The notes under the pieces were generated by a model, which saw only the letters and a list, made by a program, of their open reading frames with translations, was not told the DNA's origin and did not search any database. Shown here piece after piece: positions 9,246 through 18,213 of a DNA stretch of 49,316 nt. This DNA is from Deltaproteobacteria bacterium (GTDB lineage: Bacteria > Desulfobacterota > B13-G15 > RBG-16-54-18). The stretch is from contig DAOVGN010000066.1 in NCBI GenBank assembly GCA_030672385.1, forward strand, positions 1 through 49,316, in the 5' to 3' direction. The position numbers were made by a program, and so were the translations under genes. Within the stretch, counting starts at the first letter, position 1. Every line of letters starts with the position of its first letter.

Positions 9246-9969
9246 CTCTCCCCCTTCCAGCCACCACCAAGGTAATCTCCCCCTTGATTTGTCTCCCTCC
9301 CAATCCCTCTATAACCTCGGTTATCCCACCCCTGATCACCTCCTCGTACAATTTTGTCAGCTCCCTGGTCATAACGATCTGTCGATCCCCACAAATATCT
9401 CTCAAGTCCCTCAAGGTGCGCAGGAGGCGATGGGGGGCTTCATAGAGGATAATAGTCCCCCGCAATTCCCTTATCTCCTCCAACCTCCTCTTCCTCTTGC
9501 CTCCTTTAGGGGGGAGAAACCCGAAGAAGTGAAAGGAGTCTGTGGGAAGTCCGGATACGGCAAGGGCCGCGATGAGGGCAGTGGGGCCAGGGATGGATAT
9601 CACCTCCACCCCCTCCTCTATGGCCCTCTGTACCAAGCGAAAACCAGGGTCGGATATCCCAGGGGTGCCTGCATCGGAGATCAAGGCTATCTCTTCGCCT
9701 TCAACGATTCTCTTAACCAAGATCTCCTTCTTACTCGGCTCATTATGCTCGAAGAGACTGGTGAGAGAAGCCCTTATCCGATAACGCCCCAGGAGCCTCT
9801 TCGCCCTCCTGGTATCCTCGGCGGCGATCAAATCCACCCTGCGCAAGACCTTGATGGCTCGGAGGGTAATATCTTCCAAGTTACCTATCGGGGTAGATAC
9901 CAGGTAGAGTCTCCCTTTCCTCCTTACCATAGGGGCTATCCCTCCTTCTCCCCCTTGCTCTCCTCCCAA
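9238..9969 (-). CDS. rsmI: 16S rRNA (cytidine1402-2'-O)-methyltransferase RsmI
   Basis: LYLVSTPIGNLEDITLRAIKVLRRVDLIAAEDTRR and ISDAGTPGISDPG motifs (tetrapyrrole-methylase fold). Confidence 0.9.
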   Translation of the reverse strand: MGGEQGGEGGIAPMVRRKGRLYLVSTPIGNLEDITLRAIKVLRRVDLIAAEDTRRAKRLLGRYRIRASLTSLFEHNEPSKKEILVKRIVEGEEIALISDAGTPGISDPGFRLVQRAIEEGVEVISIPGPTALIAALAVSGLPTDSFHFFGFLPPKGGKRKRRLEEIRELRGTIILYEAPHRLLRTLRDLRDICGDRQIVMTRELTKLYEEVIRGGITEVIEGLGGRQIKGEITLVVAGRGRGG

Positions 9970-10712
9970 AGGGCATCCATCTCGACCAGGGATACCTCGT
10001 GAGGCCCCTTACCCTCCTCTTTCAATCTCTTCTCTATGTATTTAAACCTCCCCACAAACCTATCCGTGGTCCTCCTCAGAGAATCCTCGGGCTCTACGCC
10101 GATGAACCTGGCCAGATTTACCAGGGTAAAGAGGAGATCCCCAAATTCGTCCCTTACCTTTTCTTCCTTCTCCTCTCGCAAGGCCTCCTTAAACTCCCTT
10201 AGTTCCTCCTCCAGTTTCTCCCAGACCTGATCCCTATCCTCCCAATCGAATCCCACCTTGGAGGCCCTCTGCGTCAACCGGTAGGCCCTCATAAGGGCGG
10301 GGAGGTGTCGGGGAAGGCCATCCATCAAAGATCTGCCTGGTTTCTCTTCGGCCTTCAGCCTCGCCCAATTGGCCTCTACCTCTTGGGGACCGGAGACCTG
10401 GGATCTACCAAAGACATGGGGGTGCCGACGGACCATCTTTTCGGCCACCCCTTGGACCACATCATATATGTCGAAAGAATCCTCTTCTTGGGCGATCCTG
10501 GCCATGAAGATAATATGAAAGAGGAGGTCCCCTAATTCCTCCTTGAGCCCCTTGTCATCACCCCTGTCCAGTGTTTCTAAGATTTCGTAAGTCTCCTCGA
10601 TGAGGAAGGGCTTGAGGCTATCCTTGGTCTGGCGGCGGTCCCATGGGCATCCACCCTCCCCCCTCAACCTGGCCATGATACCCACTAGATCATCAAATCC
10701 CTTTCTCCCCAT
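9936..10712 (-). CDS. mazG: nucleoside triphosphate pyrophosphohydrolase MazG
   Basis: 258 aa with two tandem MazG domains: CPWDRRQT, EETYE...EELGDLLF and a second EEL.EF...EFGDLLF. Confidence 0.9.
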   Translation of the reverse strand: MGRKGFDDLVGIMARLRGEGGCPWDRRQTKDSLKPFLIEETYEILETLDRGDDKGLKEELGDLLFHIIFMARIAQEEDSFDIYDVVQGVAEKMVRRHPHVFGRSQVSGPQEVEANWARLKAEEKPGRSLMDGLPRHLPALMRAYRLTQRASKVGFDWEDRDQVWEKLEEELREFKEALREEKEEKVRDEFGDLLFTLVNLARFIGVEPEDSLRRTTDRFVGRFKYIEKRLKEEGKGPHEVSLVEMDALWEESKGEKEG

Positions 10713-10853
10713 CTTGCCTCCTCTTGCTTCAGATTAAGGCAATATCAGTGGATTTGCAAGGCGAAAAGGGGACTGGGGGACCAGATCCAGAACAACCTTC
10801 TTGTGGATAATCATCACCGGATATGGTAGCATTTTCCCCATAGGGGGAAATAA

Positions 10854-11864
10854 ATGAAAGAGGCTTACCTCTATGAGAAATTACCTCAAGGGAAAGTCCG
10901 TTGTCATTTGTGCCATCATTATTGTGTCATCGCCGACGGAAAAAGGGGACTTTGTTACGTCCGGGAGAACAGAGGAGGAACCCTCTACTCCTTGACCTAC
11001 GAAAGGCCCATCTCGGCCAACGTGGACCCCATTGAGAAAAAACCCCTCTTTCACTTCTTGCCGGGAAGCAGCGCCTTCTCCATCGCCACGGTGGGGTGTA
11101 ACTTCCGCTGCCTCCACTGCCAGAATCACGACATCTCCCAGATGCCCATAGAGGAGGGGAGGATCTCCGGCGACAAGGTCTCGTGTGAGGAGATTGTCTC
11201 CCTGGCCCTCAAATACAAAAGTGCAAGCATCGCTTATACCTATACTGAGCCAACCATCTTCTTTGAGTACGCCTACGATACAGCCAAGATCGCCCAAAAA
11301 AAGGGGATAAAGAACAACTTCGTCACCAATGGCTTTATGACTTCAGAGGCCCTGGAGATGATCGCCCCCTATCTAGATGGGGCCAATGTAGACCTCAAAT
11401 CCTTCTCGGAAAAATTCTACCGAAAGGTATGTAGTGCGAGCTTAAAACCCGTGCTGGAGGGCATCAAGAAGATGAAAGAACTGGGGATCTGGGTGGAGGT
11501 CACCACCCTGATAATACCCACTATGAACGACTCGGATGGGGAATTGCGGGAGATCGCCCGCTTTATCCTCTCTGTCTCCCCGGAGATCCCCTGGCACGTC
11601 ACCGCTTTTTACCCCACTTACAAGATGCTGGACAAGCCGAGGACCCCCCAGGGGATCATCAGGAAGGCCAGCGAGATTGGCCTAGAAGAGGGCTTGAGAT
11701 ATGTTTACTCAGGAAACATCCCCGGAGAGGAGGGAGAGAACACCTATTGCTACAATTGCAAGAATCTGCTTATCCGCCGTTTGGGATTTCAGATGTTGGA
11801 AAATAAGATTAAAAAAGGGAAGTGCTTTCACTGTGGCACCCCCATCGATGGGGTAGGGATGTAG
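10854..11864 (+). CDS. AmmeMemoRadiSam-system radical SAM enzyme
   Basis: 336 aa. N-terminal Cys cluster CHLCHHYC...GLC, radical SAM motif GCNFRCLHCQN, C-terminal CYNC...CFHCG. Confidence 0.85.
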   Translation: MKEAYLYEKLPQGKVRCHLCHHYCVIADGKRGLCYVRENRGGTLYSLTYERPISANVDPIEKKPLFHFLPGSSAFSIATVGCNFRCLHCQNHDISQMPIEEGRISGDKVSCEEIVSLALKYKSASIAYTYTEPTIFFEYAYDTAKIAQKKGIKNNFVTNGFMTSEALEMIAPYLDGANVDLKSFSEKFYRKVCSASLKPVLEGIKKMKELGIWVEVTTLIIPTMNDSDGELREIARFILSVSPEIPWHVTAFYPTYKMLDKPRTPQGIIRKASEIGLEEGLRYVYSGNIPGEEGENTYCYNCKNLLIRRLGFQMLENKIKKGKCFHCGTPIDGVGM

Positions 11865-12044
11865 GTATTACCAGGACGGACCCTGGACGCTGACTACATC
11901 ATCCTTGACCTGGGAGCAGGTGCAACACACCATGTCCTCGATTTCTTTTTCATCTCGGAGAGGGGGATCTTGCTCATTACCCCTGAGTTTACCTCCCTGG
12001 AGAATGCCTACAGGTTCTTGAGGGAGGGCTTCTTCCGGAGGTAA
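11865..12044 (+). pseudogene. remnant of a MinD/ParA-family P-loop ATPase gene (internal fragment only)
   Basis: An open frame with no start codon begins directly after the stop of the preceding gene. The translation LDADYIILDLGAGATHHVLDFFFISERGILLITPEFTSLENAYRFLREGFFRR resembles the Walker B/switch region of MinD/FlhG-like ATPases. The P-loop-containing N-terminus is absent. Confidence 0.55.
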
Positions 12045-12218
12045 TAGAGCCACCATAAACCGTGGCAAAGCTCAGGGGATATGGACCCCATTTGATCTTC
12101 TCGAGTGGGTGGAGGAGATGGACAATGAGGTAAGGAGGATATTAAGGAGTCCCCTCCTTTGCGATCTTCATGTCTCCCTTGAACCATTCTTTGGGAAACA
12201 GTGGCCCAGCCTCCCCAC

Positions 12219-13187
12219 TTAGACCTTCCTCATGACCACATAGTCGGCCATCTCGAAGAGAATCTCCCTCTCTGGAGAAGGATCAAGGGTCAGCAATCTA
12301 TCCTTCCCCTCATTCAGGTACTGTTGGGCCTTGGAAAAGGTGTAGCCTATGCCATTGTACTTGTCGATAAAGGAGACCACCCTCTCCAGGCCATCAGGAG
12401 GGAACTCATCGCTCTGGACGACCTCCTGAATCTCCCTCTTCTCCTCGCTGGTACATTGTTCTAAGGCATGGATGAGGGGCAAGGTAATCTTCCCTTCCTT
12501 GAGATCACTGCCTGTATCCTTCCTCAGGGCTTCTCTCTCCCCAATATAGTCCAGGCAATCGTCCACTAGCTGAAAGGCAATCCCCACCTGGAGACCATAG
12601 TGAGCCAGGGCCTCCTCCACCTCCAGCGGTGTCTTTCCCAAGATGGCCCCGATACGGGCAGCAGCAGATATCAGGACGGCTGTCTTGTTGATGATCAACT
12701 CCAGGTTTTCTTCCTCTGTTAGGGAGAGGTCCGCTGTCTTCTCCATCTCCATGGCCTCCCCTTCTGTCAGGGCGGTTGTAGCCATGGTCAACGTCTTGAG
12801 GATTTCCAGGTTTCCTATGTCTATCCCTATGGCCAGTGACCTACAGAAAAGAAAATCGCCCACCAAGACACTATATTTATCTCCCACCTGTCTGTTAGTT
12901 GAAGGGCGGCCCCTCCTGACCTCGGCGTTATCGATCACGTCATCATGGATGAGACTGGCGGTGTGAATGAACTCGATGACCACGGCCAAGGGGATATGGT
13001 CTACGCCATTATAGCCGCAGAGCTTTGCGGAGAGCAAAAGGAGGGCGGGGCGAAACCTCTTGCCGCCACGCATGATCAGGTCTGCCGCCTCTTCGGTGAT
13101 GCGAGGAACTTGGGAGGTGAGAAGACTATTAAGCTCTTCCTCGACCTTTTGCAAATCCTCCTTGATCAGTTCGAGACCCTTCTCCAT
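12219..13187 (-). CDS. polyprenyl diphosphate synthase (long-chain, IspB-like)
   Basis: 322 aa. First Asp-rich motif LIHDDVIDNAEVRRGRPS, second FQLVDDCLDY. Confidence 0.88.
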   Translation of the reverse strand: MEKGLELIKEDLQKVEEELNSLLTSQVPRITEEAADLIMRGGKRFRPALLLLSAKLCGYNGVDHIPLAVVIEFIHTASLIHDDVIDNAEVRRGRPSTNRQVGDKYSVLVGDFLFCRSLAIGIDIGNLEILKTLTMATTALTEGEAMEMEKTADLSLTEEENLELIINKTAVLISAAARIGAILGKTPLEVEEALAHYGLQVGIAFQLVDDCLDYIGEREALRKDTGSDLKEGKITLPLIHALEQCTSEEKREIQEVVQSDEFPPDGLERVVSFIDKYNGIGYTFSKAQQYLNEGKDRLLTLDPSPEREILFEMADYVVMRKV

Positions 13188-13266
13188 GATATGATCTCCC
13201 TCCGGCCTTTATACAAAAAGCCCCCCTCCTTGTCAAAACCTTTTTTACCCCTGTAATATGCTTTTA

Positions 13267-13296
13267 TTGACATTCGGGGGGTGAGAAGGATAATAT
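13267..13296 (+). promoter_or_regulatory. sigma70-like promoter upstream of the first GT39 gene
   Basis: TTGACA (13267-13272), an 18-nt spacer, then TAATAT (13291-13296). Confidence 0.45.
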
Positions 13297-13341
13297 AGTT
13301 TCTCATCTGGCAGGGGGATTATTGACTCGAAATAGCCATCG

Positions 13342-14961
13342 ATGAAGAGATCATTTTTTTTAATTATCATTTTACTCGCGTTGGGAAGCACCCTCTTTTT
13401 CTACAATCTAGGGGGTTGGGATCTCTGGAACCCAGACGAACCCCGTTACGCCCAGGTCGCAAAGGAGATGCTTTCTGGACAGGGGTGGTTTGTTCCCCAC
13501 TTAAACAGTGCCGTCTACTTCGAAAAACCCCCTTTTTTCTTCTGGTCGATCGCCGCAGCCGCAAAGCTACTGGGGGCAATGAATGAATTTGCGGCCCGCC
13601 TCCCGTCCGCTATCTTCGCCGTACTCACCTTGATACTCACGTTTCTCATGGGCAAAAGGCTCTTTAATGAGAAGGTAGGTCTCTTTGCCGCCTTGATCCT
13701 GGCAACCAACGTAGAATTTTTCTGGCTCGCCCGCAGGGCCAACATAGATGTTACGCTGACCTTTTTTACCACGGCGGCCATTTTTCTCTTCTACGTGGGT
13801 TTTTATCGACAGAGAGGACGGTGGGCCTTTTACTCCTTGGCCTATTGTGCCATGGCCCTAGGGGTGTTGACTAAGGCGCAGGTGGCATTAATCGTCCCTC
13901 TTTTGGTGATAGGAGGTTATTTCCTCATCCAGAGGGAGTTTACATTCTTCAAAGACCGCTCTCATCTTCCAGGATTGGTTCTTTTCCTGGCTATCATAGG
14001 CGGATGGATCGTGCTGACTTCTCTCTCTGGAGGAGAAGATTACATTAGGGGACTCCTGTATCATCGGACTACCTCACGATTTTTTCAAGGACCATCCCAT
14101 CAAAGGCCGATTTATTACTACCTTGCGAGGTTCCCCGGAGATTTTATGCCCTGGGCCATTTTCTTTCCTTCAGCCTTGATCTACGGTCTTTCAGCAAAAG
14201 GTCGCAGACGCGAGTTCATTTTCCCCTTTTTTTGGTTTTTGGTGATATTTGTTTCGTTCAGCCTCGCCAAAGGCAAGCGTGAGCTCTACCTTTTACCCCT
14301 TTATCCAGCAGTAGCCCTTATGGTGGCGTATCTATGGGGAGAAATCCCTTTTGGCGCAAAAGATGCTGAAAAGAAACTTATCTCCATTCCACTCTTTATA
14401 TTAACAATCACCTTGGCCCTCGCAGCCATAGGCCTACCCATCGTGGTGGCCTTGAAGGGTCCCCGCTATCTGGAACATCCCTGGGAGATAGGTGTGGTCT
14501 GCGGCCTCATCTTGGGTGCAGGGGCATTACTCTGTTTTCTTGCCCAACGCTATCGACGCCTAGATCTCCCATTTTATTTAATCGTCATCATGATGTTCGC
14601 CTTTGGCCTTTATTCTACTGGGCGCATATTCCCGGAGATTAACCCATACAAGTCTGCCCGTCCCATCTCTCAGGCAATCGTCAGTATCATGAGGCCAGGA
14701 GATCAGCTTGGGGTTTATAGACTTCAAGGATCGGAGTATAACTACTATACCGGGCTAGAAAAAATCACAAGGGCCGAAACCGAGGAACAACTGACCGATT
14801 TGCTCCGTTCGCCTCAGAGGGTTTTTTGCATTATGCGGGAAAGACACTATGAAAGACTGAAGGGAGGTTCCACCCTTCAGTTCTACATGGTCCTCAAGGG
14901 ACAAGTGGGACACAGACGTTTGGTCGTCATCAGCAACCGCAACACAAATAGGAAGATGTAA
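13342..14961 (+). CDS. GT-C fold glycosyltransferase, family 39 (ArnT/PMT-like)
   Basis: 539 aa, polytopic. The N-terminal loop motif WNPDEPRYAQVAKEM and FEKPPFFFW is typical of ArnT-like enzymes. Confidence 0.85.
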   Translation: MKRSFFLIIILLALGSTLFFYNLGGWDLWNPDEPRYAQVAKEMLSGQGWFVPHLNSAVYFEKPPFFFWSIAAAAKLLGAMNEFAARLPSAIFAVLTLILTFLMGKRLFNEKVGLFAALILATNVEFFWLARRANIDVTLTFFTTAAIFLFYVGFYRQRGRWAFYSLAYCAMALGVLTKAQVALIVPLLVIGGYFLIQREFTFFKDRSHLPGLVLFLAIIGGWIVLTSLSGGEDYIRGLLYHRTTSRFFQGPSHQRPIYYYLARFPGDFMPWAIFFPSALIYGLSAKGRRREFIFPFFWFLVIFVSFSLAKGKRELYLLPLYPAVALMVAYLWGEIPFGAKDAEKKLISIPLFILTITLALAAIGLPIVVALKGPRYLEHPWEIGVVCGLILGAGALLCFLAQRYRRLDLPFYLIVIMMFAFGLYSTGRIFPEINPYKSARPISQAIVSIMRPGDQLGVYRLQGSEYNYYTGLEKITRAETEEQLTDLLRSPQRVFCIMRERHYERLKGGSTLQFYMVLKGQVGHRRLVVISNRNTNRKM

Positions 14962-15080
14962 AAGGTGAGAACCATTGTTAAACCTCATATGATAGAAAAG
15001 GGGAAATGATATCATCCAATTAACCGCATGGAAGAGATACCCCCGTAGCCAGTAAACCTTCTTGAACACTTTTTTAGGAA

Positions 15081-15109
15081 TTGCAAAAAAAGGAAGATGG
15101 GTTTATAAT
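15081..15109 (+). promoter_or_regulatory. sigma70-like promoter upstream of the GT2 gene
   Basis: TTGCAA (15081-15086), a 17-nt spacer, then TATAAT (15104-15109). Confidence 0.5.
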
Positions 15110-15160
15110 CTATGATCTTTGTGAAGATTGCCAATAAATTTTTTTATATGGATTCTCTCC

Positions 15161-15871
15161 ATGGATATCTCCATCGTAATCCCAGTCTATAATGAAGAGG
15201 ATAGCCTCAGGCCCCTCATTTCTGAATTGAGGGGTGTATTGAGTGGGTTGGGCAGATCCTATGAAATTATCTTCGTGGATGACGGGAGCCGGGATCGGAG
15301 CTTTGAGATATTGAAGGAGGCCGTCTCCTTGGATCCAAAGACAAGGGTAATCCGCTTCAAGGAGAACAAGGGGCAAACAGCGGCCTTCGATGCCGGATTT
15401 AAGGCCGCTCTGGGGGATATTGTGATAACCATGGATGCCGACCTCCAGAATGACCCCCAAGACATACCGCACCTTTTGAAAAAGATAGGGGAGTTCGATG
15501 TGGTCTGTGGGTGGAGGTACAAGAGAAGGGATCCGTGGATAAAGATCGTATCCTCTAAGATAGCCAACCGCGTAAGGAATAAGCTGAGCCAAGAGGATGT
15601 TGTCGATACGGGCTGCTCCCTGAAGGCGTACAGGAGGGAGTGTCTGACAAGATTGAAGCTCTTTAACGGCATGCATCGTTTCCTCCCCACCCTCCTGAAG
15701 ATGGAGGGTTTCAAGGTAACCCAAGTCAAGGTAAATCATCAACCGAGGAGGTTCGGCAAGACAAAGTACAATACAAGGAACAGAATTGTCAGGGGTTTTA
15801 TCGATCTTTTGGCCGTCCGCTGGATGAAGAGACGGCACCTAGACTACGAGATAGAGGAGGTCATCAGGTGA
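15161..15871 (+). CDS. family 2 glycosyltransferase (polyprenyl-phosphate sugar synthase, ArnC/GtrB-like)
   Basis: MDISIVIPVYNEE..., FVDDGSRD and MDADLQNDP motifs. The track ORF begins at TTG 15128; ATG 15161 gives the canonical N-terminus. Confidence 0.88.
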   Translation: MDISIVIPVYNEEDSLRPLISELRGVLSGLGRSYEIIFVDDGSRDRSFEILKEAVSLDPKTRVIRFKENKGQTAAFDAGFKAALGDIVITMDADLQNDPQDIPHLLKKIGEFDVVCGWRYKRRDPWIKIVSSKIANRVRNKLSQEDVVDTGCSLKAYRRECLTRLKLFNGMHRFLPTLLKMEGFKVTQVKVNHQPRRFGKTKYNTRNRIVRGFIDLLAVRWMKRRHLDYEIEEVIR

Positions 15872-16137
15872 ATGCATGGTTGATCGTCGGCTTTGGGGGA
15901 CAAATCTGCTTTTTTATGAGGTTCCTGGTCCAGTGGATCGCCTCGGAGAAGAAGGGAAAGAGCGTCATCCCCATCTATTTTTGGTACCTCAGCCTCTTAG
16001 GAGGCTTGACTCTCTTGACCTACGCCATCCATATCAAAGATCCCGTCTTCATCGTGGGGCAGAGTATGGGGGCATTCATTTATATACGGAACTTGATGTT
16101 GATCTACAAAAACAGAAAAGAAGTGGTTGAGGTCTGA
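15868..16137 (+). CDS. lipid-A-disaccharide-synthase N-terminal (LAB_N) domain small membrane protein
   Basis: 89 aa with 3 TM segments. GFGGQICFFMRFLVQWIASEKKGKSVIP..FWYLSLLGG is characteristic. 4-nt overlap with the GT2 gene. Confidence 0.8.
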   Translation: MNAWLIVGFGGQICFFMRFLVQWIASEKKGKSVIPIYFWYLSLLGGLTLLTYAIHIKDPVFIVGQSMGAFIYIRNLMLIYKNRKEVVEV

Positions 16138-16207
16138 GAGGTAATGGCTGGCAAACCGTTTTTTTGATCAGGTATATAGAATATTAAAAAAAATCAATTC
16201 ATCATCA

Positions 16208-16708
16208 TTGAATGGGCTTGAAGTCGGTTGTGGTAAAGGATATTTGCTTTCCAGGCTTTATAAAAAAGGCGCTGTTGGCCGTATGGCCGCAATTGAGATA
16301 GATGCAAAGTGGATAAAATATGCAAAAACATATCACCCTGTTTGCAGTTATTTCATGTCAGACGTATATAAGCTAAATTTTAAGGCAAAATCATTTGATT
16401 ATATTATTGCAACAGAAATTCTTGAACATTTAACTGATCCTGTTGCAGCGATTAAGGAAATCAGGCGAGTTTCTAAAATCAATGCTGCTATTATTATCTC
16501 TGTCCCTTTTGAGCCGTTTTTTCACTGGAGTAATTTGTTAAGGGGAAAACATTTAAAAAGATTGGGGCGAACTCCTGAACATGTAAATTTCTGGAGTAGA
16601 GGAGAAATAAAAACTCTGCTAAGTGAATTTATTGAAATTGAAGAGGAATATTATTTGTCAACATTTCCCTGGCTGTTATTCCATGGCAGATTTAAGCCAG
16701 GAAACTAA
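16208..16708 (+). CDS. class I SAM-dependent methyltransferase (5' end apparently frameshifted; see findings)
   Basis: Motif I LEVGCGKGYL sits at residues 4-13 of the track ORF, which has a TTG start. Post-I acidic motif IEID and later motif IIATEILEHL. Low-GC gene. Confidence 0.75.
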   Translation: MNGLEVGCGKGYLLSRLYKKGAVGRMAAIEIDAKWIKYAKTYHPVCSYFMSDVYKLNFKAKSFDYIIATEILEHLTDPVAAIKEIRRVSKINAAIIISVPFEPFFHWSNLLRGKHLKRLGRTPEHVNFWSRGEIKTLLSEFIEIEEEYYLSTFPWLLFHGRFKPGN

Positions 16709-16714
16709 TATACA

Positions 16715-18169
16715 TTGAACATTAATATGAAACATTCTGTTGTATTGATTAATCCTCCTTTTAGTCTTGAGGACCGGTATGGAAAGGATATGAAACAGTT
16801 CGGCGCTGTAACTGAGCCCCTGGGGCTTGCCTATATCGCTGGTTACCTTGTTTCAAAAAATATTTTAGTCAGAATTATTGACGCTCCAGCAGAAAACCTG
16901 GCAGGAGATGATATTATTAAAAGCATATTGACACAAGCAGAAGAGATTATTGAAATTTCAATGCTGACACCGTCATTTGGCGTTGTTAGGAATCTGTGCA
17001 AAAAAATAAAACATGTATTTCCGGATTGCATGGTTGTTCTGGGTGGTCCACATTGCATTGCACTGCCGGAGCAGACACTTCAGGAGATTCCTGAAGCAGA
17101 CATTGTCTGCACTGGAGAAGGCGAAAAGACCATGGCTGAGATTGCAGAAAAAGATAAAAATTCAGATTTCGGAAGTATTAAAGGGATTTGCTATCGAAGC
17201 GGGGATAAAATTTTAAGAACTGAGGAGAGACCATATATAAGGGAATTGGATACAATCCCGCCGCCTGCGCGTCATCTTTTGCCCATGGAGAAATACCATT
17301 TAACTGCATCCCGTGTGGAAGGTGACTCATACTGCCCGACAATTATTGTTGCAAGGGGGTGCCCGTTTTCATGCACATACTGTTCCAGGACTTTTGGGCG
17401 AACATTCCGTGCCCACAGTGTCAAGAGAATTGTTGAAGAGATCCAGTCACTTGTCGATATGTATCAGATTTCCCAGATAAATATTGAAGCAGACACCTTG
17501 ACTGCGAAAAAGAAATTCATAAAGGAACTCTGTAATGCTCTTATAGATAGTGGTGTTAGTAAAAAAATCAAGTGGACCTGTGAGAGCCGGGTAGATACTG
17601 TTAATGAAGAAATCCTGAGACTAATGCGGAAGGCTGGATGCTGGCAGATAAGTTACGGTGTTGAAACTGGGAGTCAGCGTCTACTAGACCTGATAAACAA
17701 ATCTGTAACACTTAAACAGATAGAGGATACTTTTAAAATAACCAAAAGGGCTGGGATAACCATTCGAGGTTTTTTTATGTTGGGACTGCCGACTGAAACA
17801 AGAGAGGAAAGCATTGCCACCATAGCATTTGCAAGAAAGCTGGATCCTCTGTGGGCTCAGTTTACAATAACAGTTCCATATCCTGGAACAGTAATGTTTG
17901 ACGAACTTGACAGAGCAGGGCAGATAAAGTCATATGATTGGAGCAGTTATAATACATGGTCAGGTTGGAAAGGTGATGGTGTGATGCCTTTTATTGCTGA
18001 AGGAAGGTCGATTGAGGAACTTGCCAGCCTTCAGAAAATGGCATTAAGGAAATTCTATCTCCGGCCTTCTGTAGTGGTTCGGTTCCTTTCAACAGTCAAA
18101 TCTTTTCATGATTTGAAAAAATATTTTATTGGATTCCGGGTGTTGATAAAAAGCAGGCTGGCGAGATAA
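16715..18169 (+). CDS. B12-binding domain-containing radical SAM protein
   Basis: 484 aa. The N-terminal cobalamin-binding-like domain is VVLINPPF...PLGLAYIAGYL. Radical SAM motif RGCPFSCTYCS. An alternative ATG start is at 16727. Low-GC gene. Confidence 0.85.
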   Translation: MNINMKHSVVLINPPFSLEDRYGKDMKQFGAVTEPLGLAYIAGYLVSKNILVRIIDAPAENLAGDDIIKSILTQAEEIIEISMLTPSFGVVRNLCKKIKHVFPDCMVVLGGPHCIALPEQTLQEIPEADIVCTGEGEKTMAEIAEKDKNSDFGSIKGICYRSGDKILRTEERPYIRELDTIPPPARHLLPMEKYHLTASRVEGDSYCPTIIVARGCPFSCTYCSRTFGRTFRAHSVKRIVEEIQSLVDMYQISQINIEADTLTAKKKFIKELCNALIDSGVSKKIKWTCESRVDTVNEEILRLMRKAGCWQISYGVETGSQRLLDLINKSVTLKQIEDTFKITKRAGITIRGFFMLGLPTETREESIATIAFARKLDPLWAQFTITVPYPGTVMFDELDRAGQIKSYDWSSYNTWSGWKGDGVMPFIAEGRSIEELASLQKMALRKFYLRPSVVVRFLSTVKSFHDLKKYFIGFRVLIKSRLAR

Positions 18170-18213
18170 CATATTTGCAGTTTGAAAATGGATAAAGTGT
18201 GGAAGGAAAAATC

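Noticed and set aside
8995-10002. 335-aa plus-strand ORF
   Set aside because: It lies entirely antisense to the well-supported spermidine-synthase-like and rsmI genes. The product is Pro/Ser/Arg-rich and low in complexity, typical of shadow ORFs in GC-rich DNA.
15110-15838. 242-aa minus-strand ORF
   Set aside because: It is antisense to the clearly homologous GT2 glycosyltransferase gene and has no recognisable motifs. It is a shadow ORF.
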